Assembly (NCBI RefSeq): GCF_009834535.1
Contig: NC_045696.1
Coordinates: 77,812,001 to 77,876,000 of the forward strand
DNA from: Camelus ferus
Taxonomy: Eukaryota
DNA: 64,000 nucleotides
Direction of reading: 5' to 3'
The translations under genes were made by a program, and so were the position numbers. Shown here one piece after another: positions 14,400-29,765 of the stretch (position 1 is the first letter of the stretch; each line of letters begins with the position of its first letter). The notes beneath the pieces were generated by a model. That model was not told where the DNA came from. It did not search any database and worked only from the letters and a program-made list of their open reading frames with translations.

Positions 14400-14681
14400 A
14401 GTCTTTTTTGACCTCGTACACTCTGTTAAAGAAATAGAGAAAGCCAACTCTCCTGGACAGTAGCAAGAGAATAAAACAGAAATGCAGAGTTGAGCTGAGA
14501 TCAGAGAATATGAAGCAACAGAGGGAAAGAAAGCACATGGCTGATCAACTGTCAAGTTTCTGAAATGTCAGGCTGATTCCCTGAAGTTAAGTTCCTTGAG
14601 ATTGTTTTTTATGCTTTTCAATAAATGTTTTCATTTATGCTAACTCAATAGTTGTTTTTGTAACCAAAACAATCTCTAAAC
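14400..14681 (+). mobile_element. ERVL LTR 3' part (LTR16-like)
   Basis: AATAAA followed by 'ttttcatttatgctaa...ttgtaaccaaaacaatctctaaaca', typical of an ERVL/MaLR U5 end. Confidence 0.4.
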
Positions 14682-14699
14682 AGGGGGAGAATATGGAAT

Positions 14700-15140
14700 A
14701 CTAGACACTGTGGTTATCCCAACATCCAATATATTATTCTTCATTACACAGCAGTCATGTGACTCGGTGGGACTGCTCACCCACAGTTCAAGGTGTGGAT
14801 CCTGACAAGGTTGAAGAACCTGCCACAGGACTGGTTAGGGAAACGGGCTGAAGCCAGACACCTTCCGTTGGCCAGGAGGCTAGGAGGATTTTTTTTACCC
14901 CGAGGGCTTCCGAGAAAGTTCTCTTGCTCTGTGGAAAGAACTCTCTGAAGATTCGCTTTCTTTCTTTTTGAACAATGTGAATGAAGAAATAAAATCTAGA
15001 ACTACTGAAACTATTGTGTAACCTTCAAAGCCAATTTGAGAACAAAGCTGATTCTCCAAGAATGATGTAGCCAAAAAATCCTAAAGAACAAGGCCAAATC
15101 AGCTCTCACCAGGTCTGCAGCCCTAGCTGCTTCTGAGCCA
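14700..15140 (+). mobile_element. Old MaLR LTR (MLT1J/K-like)
   Basis: Degenerate MLT1-like motifs such as 'ttatcccaacatcc' and 'gtcatgtgactc'. Confidence 0.4.
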
Positions 15141-15169
15141 ATTATCTCTGCTGTTTAGATAGCCAGTTG

Positions 15170-15450
15170 AGTTGATGGTTTTGTCCACTGAAAATGAAAG
15201 CATTTTTCCTGGGACAGGAGAGAGGAAAGGGGATGGGTAGACAAAAACCAATAAAGTCACTGTGGAGCATGTTGAATTTGACAATCATATAGAATATCCA
15301 GGTGGAGACATCTAGTGTGTAGTTGGAAATGCAGCTTTGGAGTTCACTGGAGAGATCAAAGCTGGCAAAGTAAATTGAGAGGGTCATCAGCATGAAGGTG
15401 GGAACCAAAGCCCTGGGTATAGTTGAAGTCATCCGGAGAGGACACATTTA
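15170..15450 (-). mobile_element. L2 fragment
   Basis: 'gagcatgttgaatttgac...atccaggtggagacatctagtgtgtagttggaaatgcagctttggagttcactggagagatc' resembles the L2 antisense signature. Confidence 0.75.
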
Positions 15451-18400
15451 GGACTGATTGGGTGCTGTTTTCTTTCAGTCACCAGTATCATTTAGCTCAG
15501 ACAAAATCTACTTAAATGTTATTTTTTAAAATAGGTTTCACTTGCATTTGAAATGTTTCAGAACCATCTAAAAATTAAAACTCTTAGAAGTCACAGATAC
15601 TCTACTACACAGCAAGAAGTAGGCAATTGTTTGAATTGCTTTTCAGAAAGACAGGCTAGAATTTCAATGCTGAGGATATTCTCATATAGGATATGAGTTT
15701 AAGGATTTGAGCAGAAGGACTAAGCATTAGTTTTCTATTACTATTTACTAGAAGGACAATTTGCAGATATAACTTTTGCCTGGAATTTCTTTTCTTTTCC
15801 AATTCACTCAATTTTGAACGCTATCCTCAATAAATGACATATGTGAATTTATTAATTCCATTGGCAATTTTATATAGATATCTACAGCAAAGCAAAAAAA
15901 CCCCAAAAAACAAAAAACAAAAAACTAAGGATTTGAAGTTACTAAGTGCTTATTTTGGAAGAAAGGCTGATTTTTGCTTGCTTCTTAAAATCCCCAAATG
16001 TATATCAGAAAATTTATTTGACTGAAACAACCCAGATATTTTCTTTACAGCCCACATGAATGTTAGATTAGACAGGGATGCAGCACTACCAACATCAGAA
16101 AAGAAATTAAAAAAAAAAAATACTGGAAGAGAAAATGGAGAAGGGATTAAAAATCAAAAGTGAGGGGAAAACAGTTTACAAAAAATATAATTACTTTCTC
16201 ATAACAGGAATTTCTGGCTATGTCTTTACGAGGAAAACAAACCCAAGTGCGTCCTGAACAGCAGAGAAAATCAATAGAATCAACTCTAAAAATAACCATC
16301 TACTTTGTGAAGATCTTAACTCTGATATATAAAATTGACATTTTTATTCATCTACTTGAATCTCCTCACACCATGAATGTTGCCATTAACCTACGTGGAA
16401 CTTGCCCCATTTGATAGAGAAGCCCTCATATGGAAATTTTGAAAATTCTGTTATAATCTCCCTAATAGATATACTTTGAATTTTTGGATGTGTGTTTTTG
16501 CTTCTTCTGTAAGTTTCCCTTGGAGTTCTAGGTAATGAGATCCAGGCTCTTGTAAAAATAATTAAATCTCAAGCCTCAATTTCCTCGCTACTAAAAGGAG
16601 GAAATTAAATCAATTTTTTTAGAAGAAGGTATTATCTCTTGAAAATCAGAACCTCTAGAGGTAAATGGATGAGTGCAGTTCTTTGAGAAATCCATATATA
16701 AGAATAAAACAAAATTTTATTTTTGGAAAACACTGATGTCTTCAGGTTACAGAGTACAGAAACTTTAGCTCAACAAAATCATTTTTGAAAATACCCTATC
16801 TTTTGCAATTAGAGCCCACCAGATGGAGGAGAAATGCGTTGGAGGAACATGATTCCAAGGGGAAAGCCCTATCAGAATCTTCCCCCGTTAGGTTCTAGAA
16901 GCTGCTTCCAATTCAGACGTTTTATTGTTTACACTTCTCTCTCTCCTCTGCCTTCTGATGCAGTTTTGTACAGTTTACATGTGAGCAACGGCCTCCCTAC
17001 AATTTGTATTCACTTCTGAAATCTCACAACTGGCATTTCTGCTGAGTTTCAACTCTCCTTTCTGAAGAGCCTACTTTGCATCTTTTCTCACTCTCTTTCC
17101 CCCATACTCTCACCAACCAAAAATGCTTTGTTATAAAAATGTAAATATACTTTTCAAACTACACATCCACCCTGGTAAAGAAGGTTATAACCTATCTCTT
17201 GAGAATCAACTAGATTCCAAATCTGTGGGTCTTCAACCTCTTAGGGAGACCACAAGATTATAAGCAGTCCTGGAATACAAGTATAAAGATTTATCCATAC
17301 AATAAGTCAAGTTATAACACGTGTATTACTATTTTTCAAATGTGTAATGTAACACATATATAACATAAATGTGTGTATATTGCATATAATAAATTAATAT
17401 GTTGAACTTAATATGTTAAATGTGGAATATTACAAAATGCTGTTGGGATTTATAATATTTAGTTTTTTTTTAATGTTACTGAAATCAGTATATATCATGT
17501 ATTATAGCAGGGAGATATTAAAATAACTCCTCTATCTAAGTGATTTGGAATTATTTGACTAAATTACTCATTTGAGTATATTCATGGACCTCCATGGATC
17601 GTCTTTTTTATTGGAGGAATTAGATTTTTAGAGACAGGCAGAAGGGGATTAGAGACCCACTAATCTAGCATTCTTCATCTATTATTTAATTTCTCACGTA
17701 TATTTTCTCAAGTATATTTTGTCTAGCTGAGTGACTAGTCGCATTTTATTGTAAGAAAATTTGAGGAGCCTATCCAGCATCCAAGAAGCTATTAACTATC
17801 CAGCATGTGTCTGGATTACAACCAGGTAATTAACTATCCATCTCTACCTACAACGTTGGTTGGTGGGCCTCATCAGCTATGAAAATAGGAAAAAATGTCA
17901 GACTGAAAACAGCCTATGTAGTGTTCAAGTGAATGTAACAGCAGAGTTCTGACCACGACTCCACTTAGCTCCAGCAAACACCCCGGCAAGCTCAGAGCTC
18001 CTCCCGCCTAGGCAAGCTGTCGGCAGGTCCTTTTTCCTTTCTTTCAGCAGATTCCCATCTGGCTGCTCAGATGACAAGCCCTCAGGCTCCTTTCATTTTT
18101 AGGTTTTTACCGCTAATCATTTCAAAGAAAAGAAAACAGCCCAAGGAAAGTGAAAAACCTCAGGGAAAAACAACCACAAACCTTTGGAAACGTGATTCTC
18201 GGGACTTCGAGACTAGAAAGTGTAACTCTCTATTTGCTGCAATAATAGAAAAGCCAGGTGGTCTAGGATGAATGCGTGTCTGAAAGTGGATTCACTCAAA
18301 CACTAAATGAGAGTGAAAGGAATATGGGAAGAAATATGGGTTTTCCTGGGAAGAAAGTCCCACATTTCAGCAGGTGGATCCCCAGAGCCAATTAAGACAA

Positions 18401-19688
18401 AACAGTAGTAATGTTCTTGTTTAAAGTTTTTGTGTGTGTTTTGTTTTTACTTTGTTTTCTTTTCTTTTCTTTTTTCTTTTAATTCTGGAGACCTCTATTT
18501 GGAGTTTATTTCCTCAAGCTTCTGCCTAGTCCAGGAGTGATGCTACCTCTGGTCAGATCCTCAGCAAACCTCCCATTTTGGCACAGTATGTATTTACCAA
18601 TTTAGGAAGTCTGAAATAATATTAGACACATCAACCTCTGCTTACAGATGCTTTAGGAAGAAAAAAACTCAACAGTAGAACGAGTTTCATTTCATTTTAA
18701 TTTTAGCTCTAATTTTAAGCAAAAGCCTAACCAATTTAATCTGTGCAAATTTCTCAACTATTTTTGAAATTCCTAACATATTTAAAAAACAAGAAGAGGA
18801 AGCATGACTGCCGATTCCTCCTTCCAATTATTTAACTGTAAAATAAGGGTGAACTCTAGTCAATCTCCACACAGATCCAAAGGCGATGTAAAGCACAGCA
18901 GCACCAATTGCAAATGAATTAGGGTGTCTTATTTTTCATATGTATGTATATTTTGCATACATATACACAAATACACCTTTTTGGTAAACTGAAATTTACT
19001 AAAAATTGCATGAATTATGTTTGTTATTTTTCCCCTGTACTAACACTAGTCCCTGCTGCAAATACAGCAGTTAAGTAGCTCCAAGGTTAGCATTTAGCAA
19101 GAGTGTCCTCATTTTTAAGGAGGCTGATACTTTACATTTTAAAGATCCTGATTATGAATTGTAGATTATTTTTTTAAAGGCTCCAGGCATTCTTGTTCTC
19201 TATCACACAGTCCTGATAAATATTAAAATCTAAGAGGGTTCTTAGAATACTTTCTCCACTCATAATAGAACCTGGATCATTGTTGGCTTTGATACTCCTG
19301 TAGAAAAAAGCTAATGTGAAAATGTAATTTTTTAGAAAAGTAATAGTGATGAATAGTGACCAAGTTATTGCCATAAGAGTATATGATAACTTGAAAAAAA
19401 AACACATAATTACAATCTTTTTTAGAATGACCTACTTTCAATTAGGTGTTCTATAGTCATATGTTATAGGAAAATGCTTTTAATAACCACACACAATGAA
19501 GGCCCTGGGATGTTCATTAATTAAAAAAAAAAAAAAAAAACTCATGTAATTTTCTCAAATGCATTTGACCAATAATTCCCTTTCTGATAATCACTGAGAA
19601 ATAAAGTTTGAAAAAACACTAAGATTAGAAGAAGTCTAACAAACATTTTATTTTTAAAGGTTTTGATCATTAAATGTATAGTTATTAC

Positions 19689-20251
19689 TCTAACCAGATA
19701 GGGTAGGGGGTCCCTGGAGAAAGAGAACCAGGCATGGCTTTCTTGACGTAAGAGAAGCAATTTTTGGCGTTAGCCATTTTGGTATCTAAGTTTGGCCACA
19801 GTGCTTGTCCTTGAACAGGTCTCTGTAATAAAGATGTTAAGAGAACAAAAAGCAAGAGAAGTAACAACAGGAAAGATAAATCAGTTGTAAAGACTCCGGT
19901 CCTATTTCAGTGGTCAGGACCAGCCCAAAGCACTGTCTTGAGCTGTTCTGCAGAGTTTAAATACCTCCTTGGTAAGTGAAGCCTAAAGGATGTTGATGTT
20001 GACTTTTTCTGACCCTCACGTCTTCCATCAGCTAAAGCTTAGGCTCCGCCTACCATCTAAGGCCCTTCATGAATATGTATGTGCTCATATCATAAGACTT
20101 CCTCACTTCTGTTATTGGGGATACACTGCTTTGGGAAAGATCCCCCATGTTCTCCTTACTAGTAACAAATCCTTCCTTCTCCCCATCTTTGGCTTGGTTG
20201 TGTCTTTTGGCTCGACACCCACCAAGAGGTGAACCCAGTTTTCAGCTAACA
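19689..20251 (+). mobile_element. ERV1-class solo LTR (563 bp) with 4-bp TSD
   Basis: TTAC on both sides (19685-19688 and 20252-20255); termini T(C)TAACC...TAACA; ERV1-like U5 'gggaaagatcccccatgttctccttac...ttggctcgacacccaccaagaggtgaacccagttt'. Confidence 0.8.
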
Positions 20252-21119
20252 TTACTAAGTTATGACACTGTTTTAGATCACATTCAACTGGATGTGTCCA
20301 AAGCAGACTAGATTCAACAAATGGGTTCCAGTATATTGGTAGGTGGGTGGAGAAATGGGAGGTGCTGTAGGGGAGGGGAATAAGGGAATAATAAAATTCC
20401 TGGGTTCCGCCCAGGCTAATTCTGAGCTTTGTCTTGCTGATCTTTATTAAAATGACCTGAGTGAACTTCCTTATTAAGTAGATAGATTATATACAGCTAG
20501 AAATAAGGTGGTTAACAGAATGGTTAAAAAGCCATGGTAAATTGGATGCTTTACCAAAAACAACCAAAATAAATTCTAAAAGCAATTGGAAGTTCACTGA
20601 ATCTATGTATCTATCACACATTATACTATATGTATATGTATTCTATGCATTTTTCAATATATCTGTATATCTATCATTTTCTATCTTAGTTTTATAAATG
20701 AAAAAAAAGAGAATGTCTAGCTATACACCCCCTTCTCAGTCAGTCAGCATCTGTGAGACTCAATGAGGCTACTTTTTGTACCATATACTTAGAGCATATT
20801 CTTCATTCCTAACAGCATACAAATTAGCATATTTCTGTTTGTCATTATGGATTTACAAAGCTATCTCCCTTGTTACCATGTAAGCTCTGGGAGAAAAAAA
20901 AAAAACAACTTTATATTTAGGTCCACAGTGCCTCTTAGCACAATAGGTGCTACTTTTTTTTTTTTTTTTTAGTTAAATAAAGGAAATAAACTAAAGAGTG
21001 TAACTGTAGAAGATACAAAAATGATATAGAATGTATACTCTAAATAGAGATGGCAATATGAAATGGCACTGATGTTGAGGAATTAAGCGGTATAAACTGC
21101 ATAAAGAAATCACGTCCTG

Positions 21120-21330
21120 GAGTTGACCGCTGAACACTGCCGGGTCCGGGGCACTGGCTCTCTGGAGCCCCCTGTAACTTTACAGGGGTTTCTCCCTATC
21201 CGCAGTCCTGCATCCATGGATTTGATTAACCACAGATCATGCAGTACTGTAATACATCTTTATAAAGAAAAAAAATCGGCATATAAATGAACCTGCACAG
21301 TTCAAATCCATGTTACTCAAGGGTCAACTG
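21120..21330 (+). mobile_element. MER8/Tigger2a-like non-autonomous TcMar-Tigger element
   Basis: Terminal inverted repeats (g)AGTTGACC...GGTCAACTG followed by TA; 3' end 'cagttcaaatccatgttactcaagggtcaactg'. Confidence 0.85.
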
Positions 21331-21552
21331 TATATACTTGCTATCTTTCATGTTAAGTCCTATGATACACAGGATTTTAAATTTATTTACTTCACCCAAA
21401 GAAAAAAAAATGTAGATTGTATTAAAAATTACTTATGATAGATCTAACCAAAAAATTACAAGTTACTAAGTAAAGACCTAGGAAAAATAGATATTAGAAT
21501 ATCAAAGTGATGCAAGAATCAGATTATCCAAACTACACTATTAGAAGATAGG

Positions 21553-22835
<1,283 letters not shown>

Positions 22836-23205
22836 GAAGATAGGCTTCAGGTTGCCTATATCTTCCTAATAATCAAAACAAAAAAGAAATAAGATCAGTC
22901 TCACCTCAAATTATCCATTTATGATACGCCAGAGCTGATCTTCCTAGAAATGAGATCTGAAAGGAAATCTGCAAGTAACTGAAACAAAGCCCTCGTGGGA
23001 TGCCCCATTCACAGCATCACAGCATATAAAATCACTTTCCAGGGACAGAGTTTTGTAACATGCCTTGAAACTGAGTGACAACATCACGCCAAGGAACAAG
23101 AAGTTTCATAGAGAGAAGCTAAAATAATGTAGTTTGAGGATTTTATGCTTTTTTATAAATCTTAGTCTTGAGTGGAGAGATGTAGAATAAGTCGATTAGC
23201 TCAAG

Positions 23206-23416
23206 CAAGGTTTATCAGGAGTGGGACTGATGACATTTTAGGCACAGTTCTTTTTTGCTATGGGGGCCTGTCCTGTACATTACGGAACGTTTAGGAGCAT
23301 CCGAGTTCTCTATCCATTAGATGCCAGAAACAATCTCTCATCCCCCATTGTAATGACCGAAAGTTTTTTGAAATGTTTCCTGGGGCACAAAATCACCCCC
23401 ATTTGAGAACCACTAC
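23206..23416 (-). mobile_element. MER20 hAT-Charlie element
   Basis: 'gggggcctgtcctgtacattac...ccattagatgccag...caaaatcacccccatttgagaaccact' matches the reverse complement of recalled MER20. Confidence 0.85.
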
Positions 23417-23419
23417 TTT

Positions 23420-23585
23420 CAGGCATTGATTCCCTTCCTTATGGTAGAATCACAGATCCGGTAAAGAATCTGCTCAAAGTTATGAATTCTTTAACCAGAA
23501 AAAGTTCTGTGAGCACACAAGACAAAACGCGCGTGTCATGTTCAGGGTTCACGGACCTTTTGCTACACCTCGGTTAAACACCTCT
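23420..23585. mobile_element. Degraded hAT-Charlie fragment (MER5-like; family uncertain)
   Basis: 'cacagatcc...aagaatctg...cagggttcacggacc...ggttaaacacctc'. Confidence 0.4.
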
Positions 23586-24224
23586 CATTTAAAGGAACAG
23601 AAGATTGGATGTCTTCCAGACAGCTTCATGAATGTTTATTTATTGCAACTGAACATTATATACAATTGGGTGTTTTAAGGGATATATGAAGAAACTGAAA
23701 AAAAAATTGTTCATAGAAATAACTGAAATAAGAGAAAACACTGCTTTAACTAAAGCTCGCCACAAATGATTTCCATAATTAAGGTAAAAATAAGTTAAAC
23801 TCCAGCTTTTTTTCTAAAGAAAGTAAGGTGTATTTTAAATATTTAAATCAGTGGTAGTGTTCTACTTGTGTCCTGAGAAGACAACGTCAGAAGTGAGATA
23901 AGATATAAGAAAAATTATTTACTGAAATCTGTTGTACTTAAATTTGTTGTTTCTACATGGCAAGCAACCTTTCGTTGGAGAGACCATCTCATCTGTGAGA
24001 TCTGAGTGGGCTGATTCCCCTTGTGGTTCCAGTGAAGACCACACTGTCCCCCCAATGGCATCGCAGAGCACACCATCTCCTTGCCCCAGAGCCTATTTAA
24101 GATGTGGTATATGACCTCAGCTGCGTCCTAGTAAGCCAGCCGGGGCAGCTGAGGCACCTTTGTCCCCTGCTGGGTATGCCAAGCCCGGAGCTGCCATGCC
24201 TGCATCTGTCACCACGTGGGGAGC

Positions 24225-24390
24225 CTCCCACAATGCTTCTGAGCACTTACCACGCGCCAGCCATGGTGAAGACAACCAAAGGCACTGCTTTCAGTAGTGA
24301 GGGGCAGTGAATAAACATATAAACAACACAAAAAATATAATCTCAAGTCCTGATGAGCGCTTAAAAGAGCATAAAGATGTAGAGAGGTAA
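24225..24390 (-). mobile_element. L2 3' end fragment
   Basis: 'ctgagcacttaccacgcgccag...aataaacatataaac...tgatgagcgct'. Confidence 0.6.
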
Positions 24391-24619
24391 TGTCTTCAAA
24401 TTCTTGGGATTTTAGTTTAACACATTTAATTATTTAATGGTTTCCTCTCTTTTTTTTAAGCCAATATGAAAGTTCAGTGCATTCTTGATAGCATGCTCTA
24501 AAGGGAAATAATATAAAAAGACATTATTAAATAATAACCTAGTGTTAGAAAGTGGGAAAATGCTTAGTATTTTCATTATTAATACTGTCCTGAGGAATTT
24601 CCTATTTAATAAAAAATAT

Positions 24620-25032
24620 GTCAACTATTTCCCTAGGGCTGCTGTAACAAAATGCCACAAAAGATGTAGCTTAAAACAACAGAAACTTGTCTCAAGGTCT
24701 GGAGGCTAGAAGTCCTAAGTGTTCTCTAAAAGGCTCTGGGCTAGAATCCTTCCTTCCCTTTTCTCAGCTTCTGGTAGATGCCTTGCCATTCCCCGGTTTG
24801 CAGATGTATCACTCCAATCCCCTCCATGTCTTTACGTATCTTTTCCCTGTGTGTCACTCTGTCCCAACGTCCCCTTAAAGAAGAACATCCATCATTAAAC
24901 TAATGCACCATGACATCATCTTAACTTGCTTATATCTGCAAAGACCCTGATTCCAAATAAGGTCACGTACACCAGCACTGCAAGTTAAGACTTGAACATA
25001 ACTTTCTGGGGTACACAATTTAACCCACCATA
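24620..25032 (-). mobile_element. MLT1B/C-type MaLR solo LTR
   Basis: 'ctagggctgctgtaacaaaatgccac...gcttaaaacaacagaaa...ctggaggctagaagtcc...atctgcaaagaccctgattccaaataaggtcac'. Confidence 0.85.
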
Positions 25033-28000
25033 CCTTCTAGAGATTATACTAAGCATTTAGTATACAAAACATAATGGAATTTTAAAAAGTAGAATTACAA
25101 CTAAATAAATTCTGCATATTTTGAACAAAATCTACTTATTTTGAGAATTTTAAATATATACAAATGAATATTAAACCACAGGATTTCTTCCAAAGATACA
25201 GTGGCATTTCTTTTTTGACTCAAGTTAAAGTAGTTTTGTTACTTAGACTATAAAAAATCATATTCTCTTAAAAAACAGTTCATAAAATATCAAAGGGAAA
25301 AAATCCATATCCCTTGAGACAAAGATACTACAAATATTTTATCATACTTTCATGTATCTCTCTAGTTGTATCAGTTTTAACTTACGTTTCCAGATTGTCG
25401 CATTGTCAATATTGTGAAACTAATATGTTTAGATTTTGTTGTTGTTGTTGGAAACATTCTGAATCTGTATAATCTAGAAATTATAAGAGAAAGCTAGTAT
25501 TACACTTTTATGTGCTAGATAATAATCATCTTTGTCTGCAAACTTGCCAACCGATCATGAAATTTGAAGATTCTCACACTTGATTCTCATTTTAGCTCCA
25601 ATGGTAGTCCTTTTTTAAAGTGGGCCTTCCTTTTTTTTGGACAACACAAAATGTAGAGTTCTTCATTCTTCTTGGCCAGTCAATAAACATTTTTCTTTGA
25701 TGTCCCCCACTGTTTGTTGTTCTGCCGTCTTAAACTAGAATAATATACCTTTGCCATATGTAAGAGTAGTTATTCACCTTAAGTCTCTTCTTTCTTTAAG
25801 CTTTATGACATCAGTTATATTTCAATATAATTAATTTTAATATAATTAATTTCAGATGCATTTACTATCTTTCTCACTTTCTTCTAGTTACAAAGCCCTC
25901 TTAAACTACATTCTTCACAACTCATGCAAATTCTCCAGGGATGGTGTGGCCACATTAGTGAAAAGTGCAGTAATGACCATCCCCACTCTTTTCTCTCACG
26001 TTTACTAATGCAATTTAAGATAAATGTAGCCTTTTACTACTCATAGAATACTGGTGATTCCTGTTTAGCTTGCTGCCAAATAGAATCTCTAGAACTTTTC
26101 CACATATGATATTTCTAAGAAATGTCTCCTCCAATTATCTACTATAATGGGAATGAGCATTGGTAAGGATACTGAAAATCCACAGATAATTCTCCAATGA
26201 CATCTTATCCATTAATTTAAATTCGTTCTACAATTAAATCACTGCAGGATCACTGAAAAGTATAAAAACAGACTGGTTTACCATTTGGTGTCTTTAACTG
26301 CATGTCTTGCTAGAAGTAAAGCAGAGATTCAGAAATGATAGAAAAGCTGTAACTGTGCTGTAGATAATCTTATTGATAATAGCCCAAAGCACTGCATTTT
26401 AATATTTTGAACTTTTCGTATTTTAAGTTCATACATTAGCTTTCCTTTTAAAGCACTTCAGTAATACACTCCATCTTTCAACGTGGCTAATAGGGATTCG
26501 TTGGACTACTTGTACTTGACTTGCTAACCATTCACGTTTCACCATCATGGTTGATATACAAGTCTGATCATTCACACTTTCATAAACAATTCTATAATGT
26601 CTATTTATTAATTCAATGCAACTTCCTTCAGTGCCTTAGATGTATCAAGTCTGCATCTGTCTTGCAGTCTGACATGTTTCTGTGTGTATTTGTGTGTACA
26701 TGTGCACATTTGTTTGGCTACACTTAACAATGGTCCATAAGAGTAAACAAAATCCATAGGATTAAAGGCACTATTCCCTCTTGTCATCTGCTTTATGGGT
26801 CTCCTCTGAATTGGTTGATAACTTAGGAAAAAGTATTGAATTTCATGAATTCAGTTCTTAGCTCTGTCACCATCTAATTTCTGGACAGTAAGTAATTTTC
26901 TATATTAACGATATAACATCATTGGTGTGATCTTCACATTTGGAAGAAATGACATAAATAGCAAATTAATACTTAAAGGATGTTTATATGAAGCACTGAT
27001 ATCTGACAAAATTTTTAGTTTTAATTCTGCAAATTTGTTTTGTGAGACATTATCAGAAATATGTCAAAAAAATTTATAAATTGCCAAGAATAAAGAAAAG
27101 GTTATTTTGTATCCTCTCTTTTTATCCCTATTGCAAATTAAGGCCTGTTGAGAGATAACTAACACATACAATGATGAAAAATAATCATTTATTTAAAGGT
27201 ATATTTGGGCCTTATACCACTGCATACTGTAAAAGCCACTGTAGTCCATTTGTCTGCTTACTGATAAATTGTACTAGTGAATATACGCCATTATAAATCT
27301 TAAGATTATGGAGTGAGAGTAGAAACTTTAGGAGAAACATAAGAGACATGAGACTGTTTCGGGTACAGTGTCACTAAAAATAATACTGACGTAAACACAA
27401 ATCAAGGGGTGTTCTAACATGCTTAAGAAGAACTGGTCTTGAAGAGTGTTTAGAAAAGAGAAGTAACTGCAGGTATATGCATATAAAATTAGCTACACAT
27501 TTGTATTATCTCCAAACATGGCACAGACAAGGTGAGGAAGCCTGGTACTTGCATGATAAATTGACAGAGATGGTGAGAAAAGTACTTAAAACAAGTTAGA
27601 GTTAATAGAAGTGATAGTAACAAGCAGATGTCCAGACTTGGGGAGGACGGCGAGTAAAAGAAAGTATTTTGTCCTCTTGTCATGATATTTGTAAGTAGTA
27701 AAATTGAATAAAATTTTACAACAGAAAGGAAGAAATGACTAACATGATCACAACTTAGAGCCATCGAGAGTCCAGGCCTTGTGCATTTTCAAACTCTGAA
27801 GATAATCCTCAAGGTCTTTTACTTTTTCGTAACTGGTATTGAAAACAACAAACTGGCAGATGAATCGCTCAAGCAATAGTTTTCCTTCATTATTTGAGAA
27901 TTTCAGGTTCATGGCTACCAGCTTAGAAAGAGGATTCGATTATCCAATCCCAGACTTTTGAATTAGAAATTCTTAACAAAGAGTGCACACTTGAATCATG

Positions 28001-29765
28001 CTGGTACCATGCAGTAGTTTGCAGAGTGTATCACAAATGCTCATTCCGCATATATTCATACATTTACACAAAAGCTGGATGTCAGTCCTCTATTCTCAGC
28101 TGGTACCTCCTTCTTGCTTATGTAACCAGGGAAACAGCCTTGTTCCTCAACCTGAAGAGATGTGGGCCAACAACTAAACAAAAGGTAAACTATGGGGATA
28201 TTTTGTTGCCATAGGTACACACACACTTATCCAAATTTATATATTTATATACCTATATTTATTTATATTTATTTCTAGTGAAGAACCACTGTTTTATAGA
28301 GACTAGACAGGAAAAACATGCTTAGAAAAAAGCAAAATCCCAGCTGTGGAAATCTATTTACATGAATAGAATTAATATGTATAGCTCTTTTCATTCCTTT
28401 CAGCACTAATTCTACCTCTCATTTTTATCTGATTTTCCTCCTTTCATTCATCTGTAATCTCACCTGTCAGTAATTGCCAGAGACTGTTTGCTTCTGAGAC
28501 CAGTTCTTTATTCATTTTCTCCTTTAGCAGAAGTGCTTTCACAAGGACAACATACCCCTAACTGCGTGCAACAGGAACCCGCCCTGGACTCCGCTCCATT
28601 TACTACCTCCTGTCCCAGCTGTAGTTGGTACATGATTCCTATCAGAGGGGGTTTCACAGCAACTACCAGGTAGGTAAAAAAGCAAGATCAAAAATCAAAA
28701 TCTGATAACCTCATGAGACTTGCCAGAATACCACCTCAATGTTTAATGCTCAATTATCCATATATAATGTCCCCCGAATTGCCTTCTGTATTCATACAGA
28801 AGGGAAAAAAAGATGGGGGAAAAAAATAGATGAAAACCTTTACATTTTTAGAGTGAAGATAATCATTTTCTCTTTCATTCTATTATACTTAATGGCTTTT
28901 AGGAATGCTAATAAACCTGTACATTTTCCAACACTAGTGATAATGTTCAGTCATTTTCAGAGCAACACAACTTAACATTTAAATCCTCAAGTAATGAATT
29001 CAAAGGTATGCAATTAGAAAAGTATGGGAAGCAAAAACTACAGCTTTTATTAAGAAACTAATTCAATTACAAGTATCATAGAGGCATTCAATTTTCATGC
29101 TGCAGTTACCTCCTTCATCTTAACCATGACCCCACACACCCCGAAGCTGCCCATATTATTTCTGAAAAAGAGTGGCATGGCATTCACTTTTAAATTCTCA
29201 CAATCAATGTATTTAGGAGAGGCGGCAAGGTATCTGTACACTGAAATCCATCTGGATTGCTCTCTGGTTGGTTCATTACTCTTACTCATCTTGTTCTTAA
29301 GCCTAGCTTTGTCTCCCAAATTCAAGTTTTTGATCCTCTTAACCCTTTGGAATGGTGGCTCTCCAAGAGAGCACCTTGTATAGATTCCCTGCTAACCCTG
29401 ACACGAATCCTTGATCTTAAAAAAAAAAAAAAAAAACCTTTAAAACAGTTTGTATAATTCTGTAATTGTGCTGATTATCTAACGTCCATCTCTCTGAAGC
29501 CCTGGGGACCCAAGATGCCACACTCTGCTGTCTATTGTAGCACAACCTCGACATCTTCAGATGGCTACGGTAAATCAGGTTTACAACAGTTGAAAAAAGC
29601 AATAGTGAAAAAAAAAAAAAAAGATGCTTGCTTTTTCATCAATTACCTTTCCCAACCATGGCTACTATAGTTTGGACTGCTCCATAGTATTGCCCAGAAA
29701 AAACAGAATTAGACTATGCTTCCTCAGAACATGCAAGCTGTTGGAATATGTTAATATCATAGACC

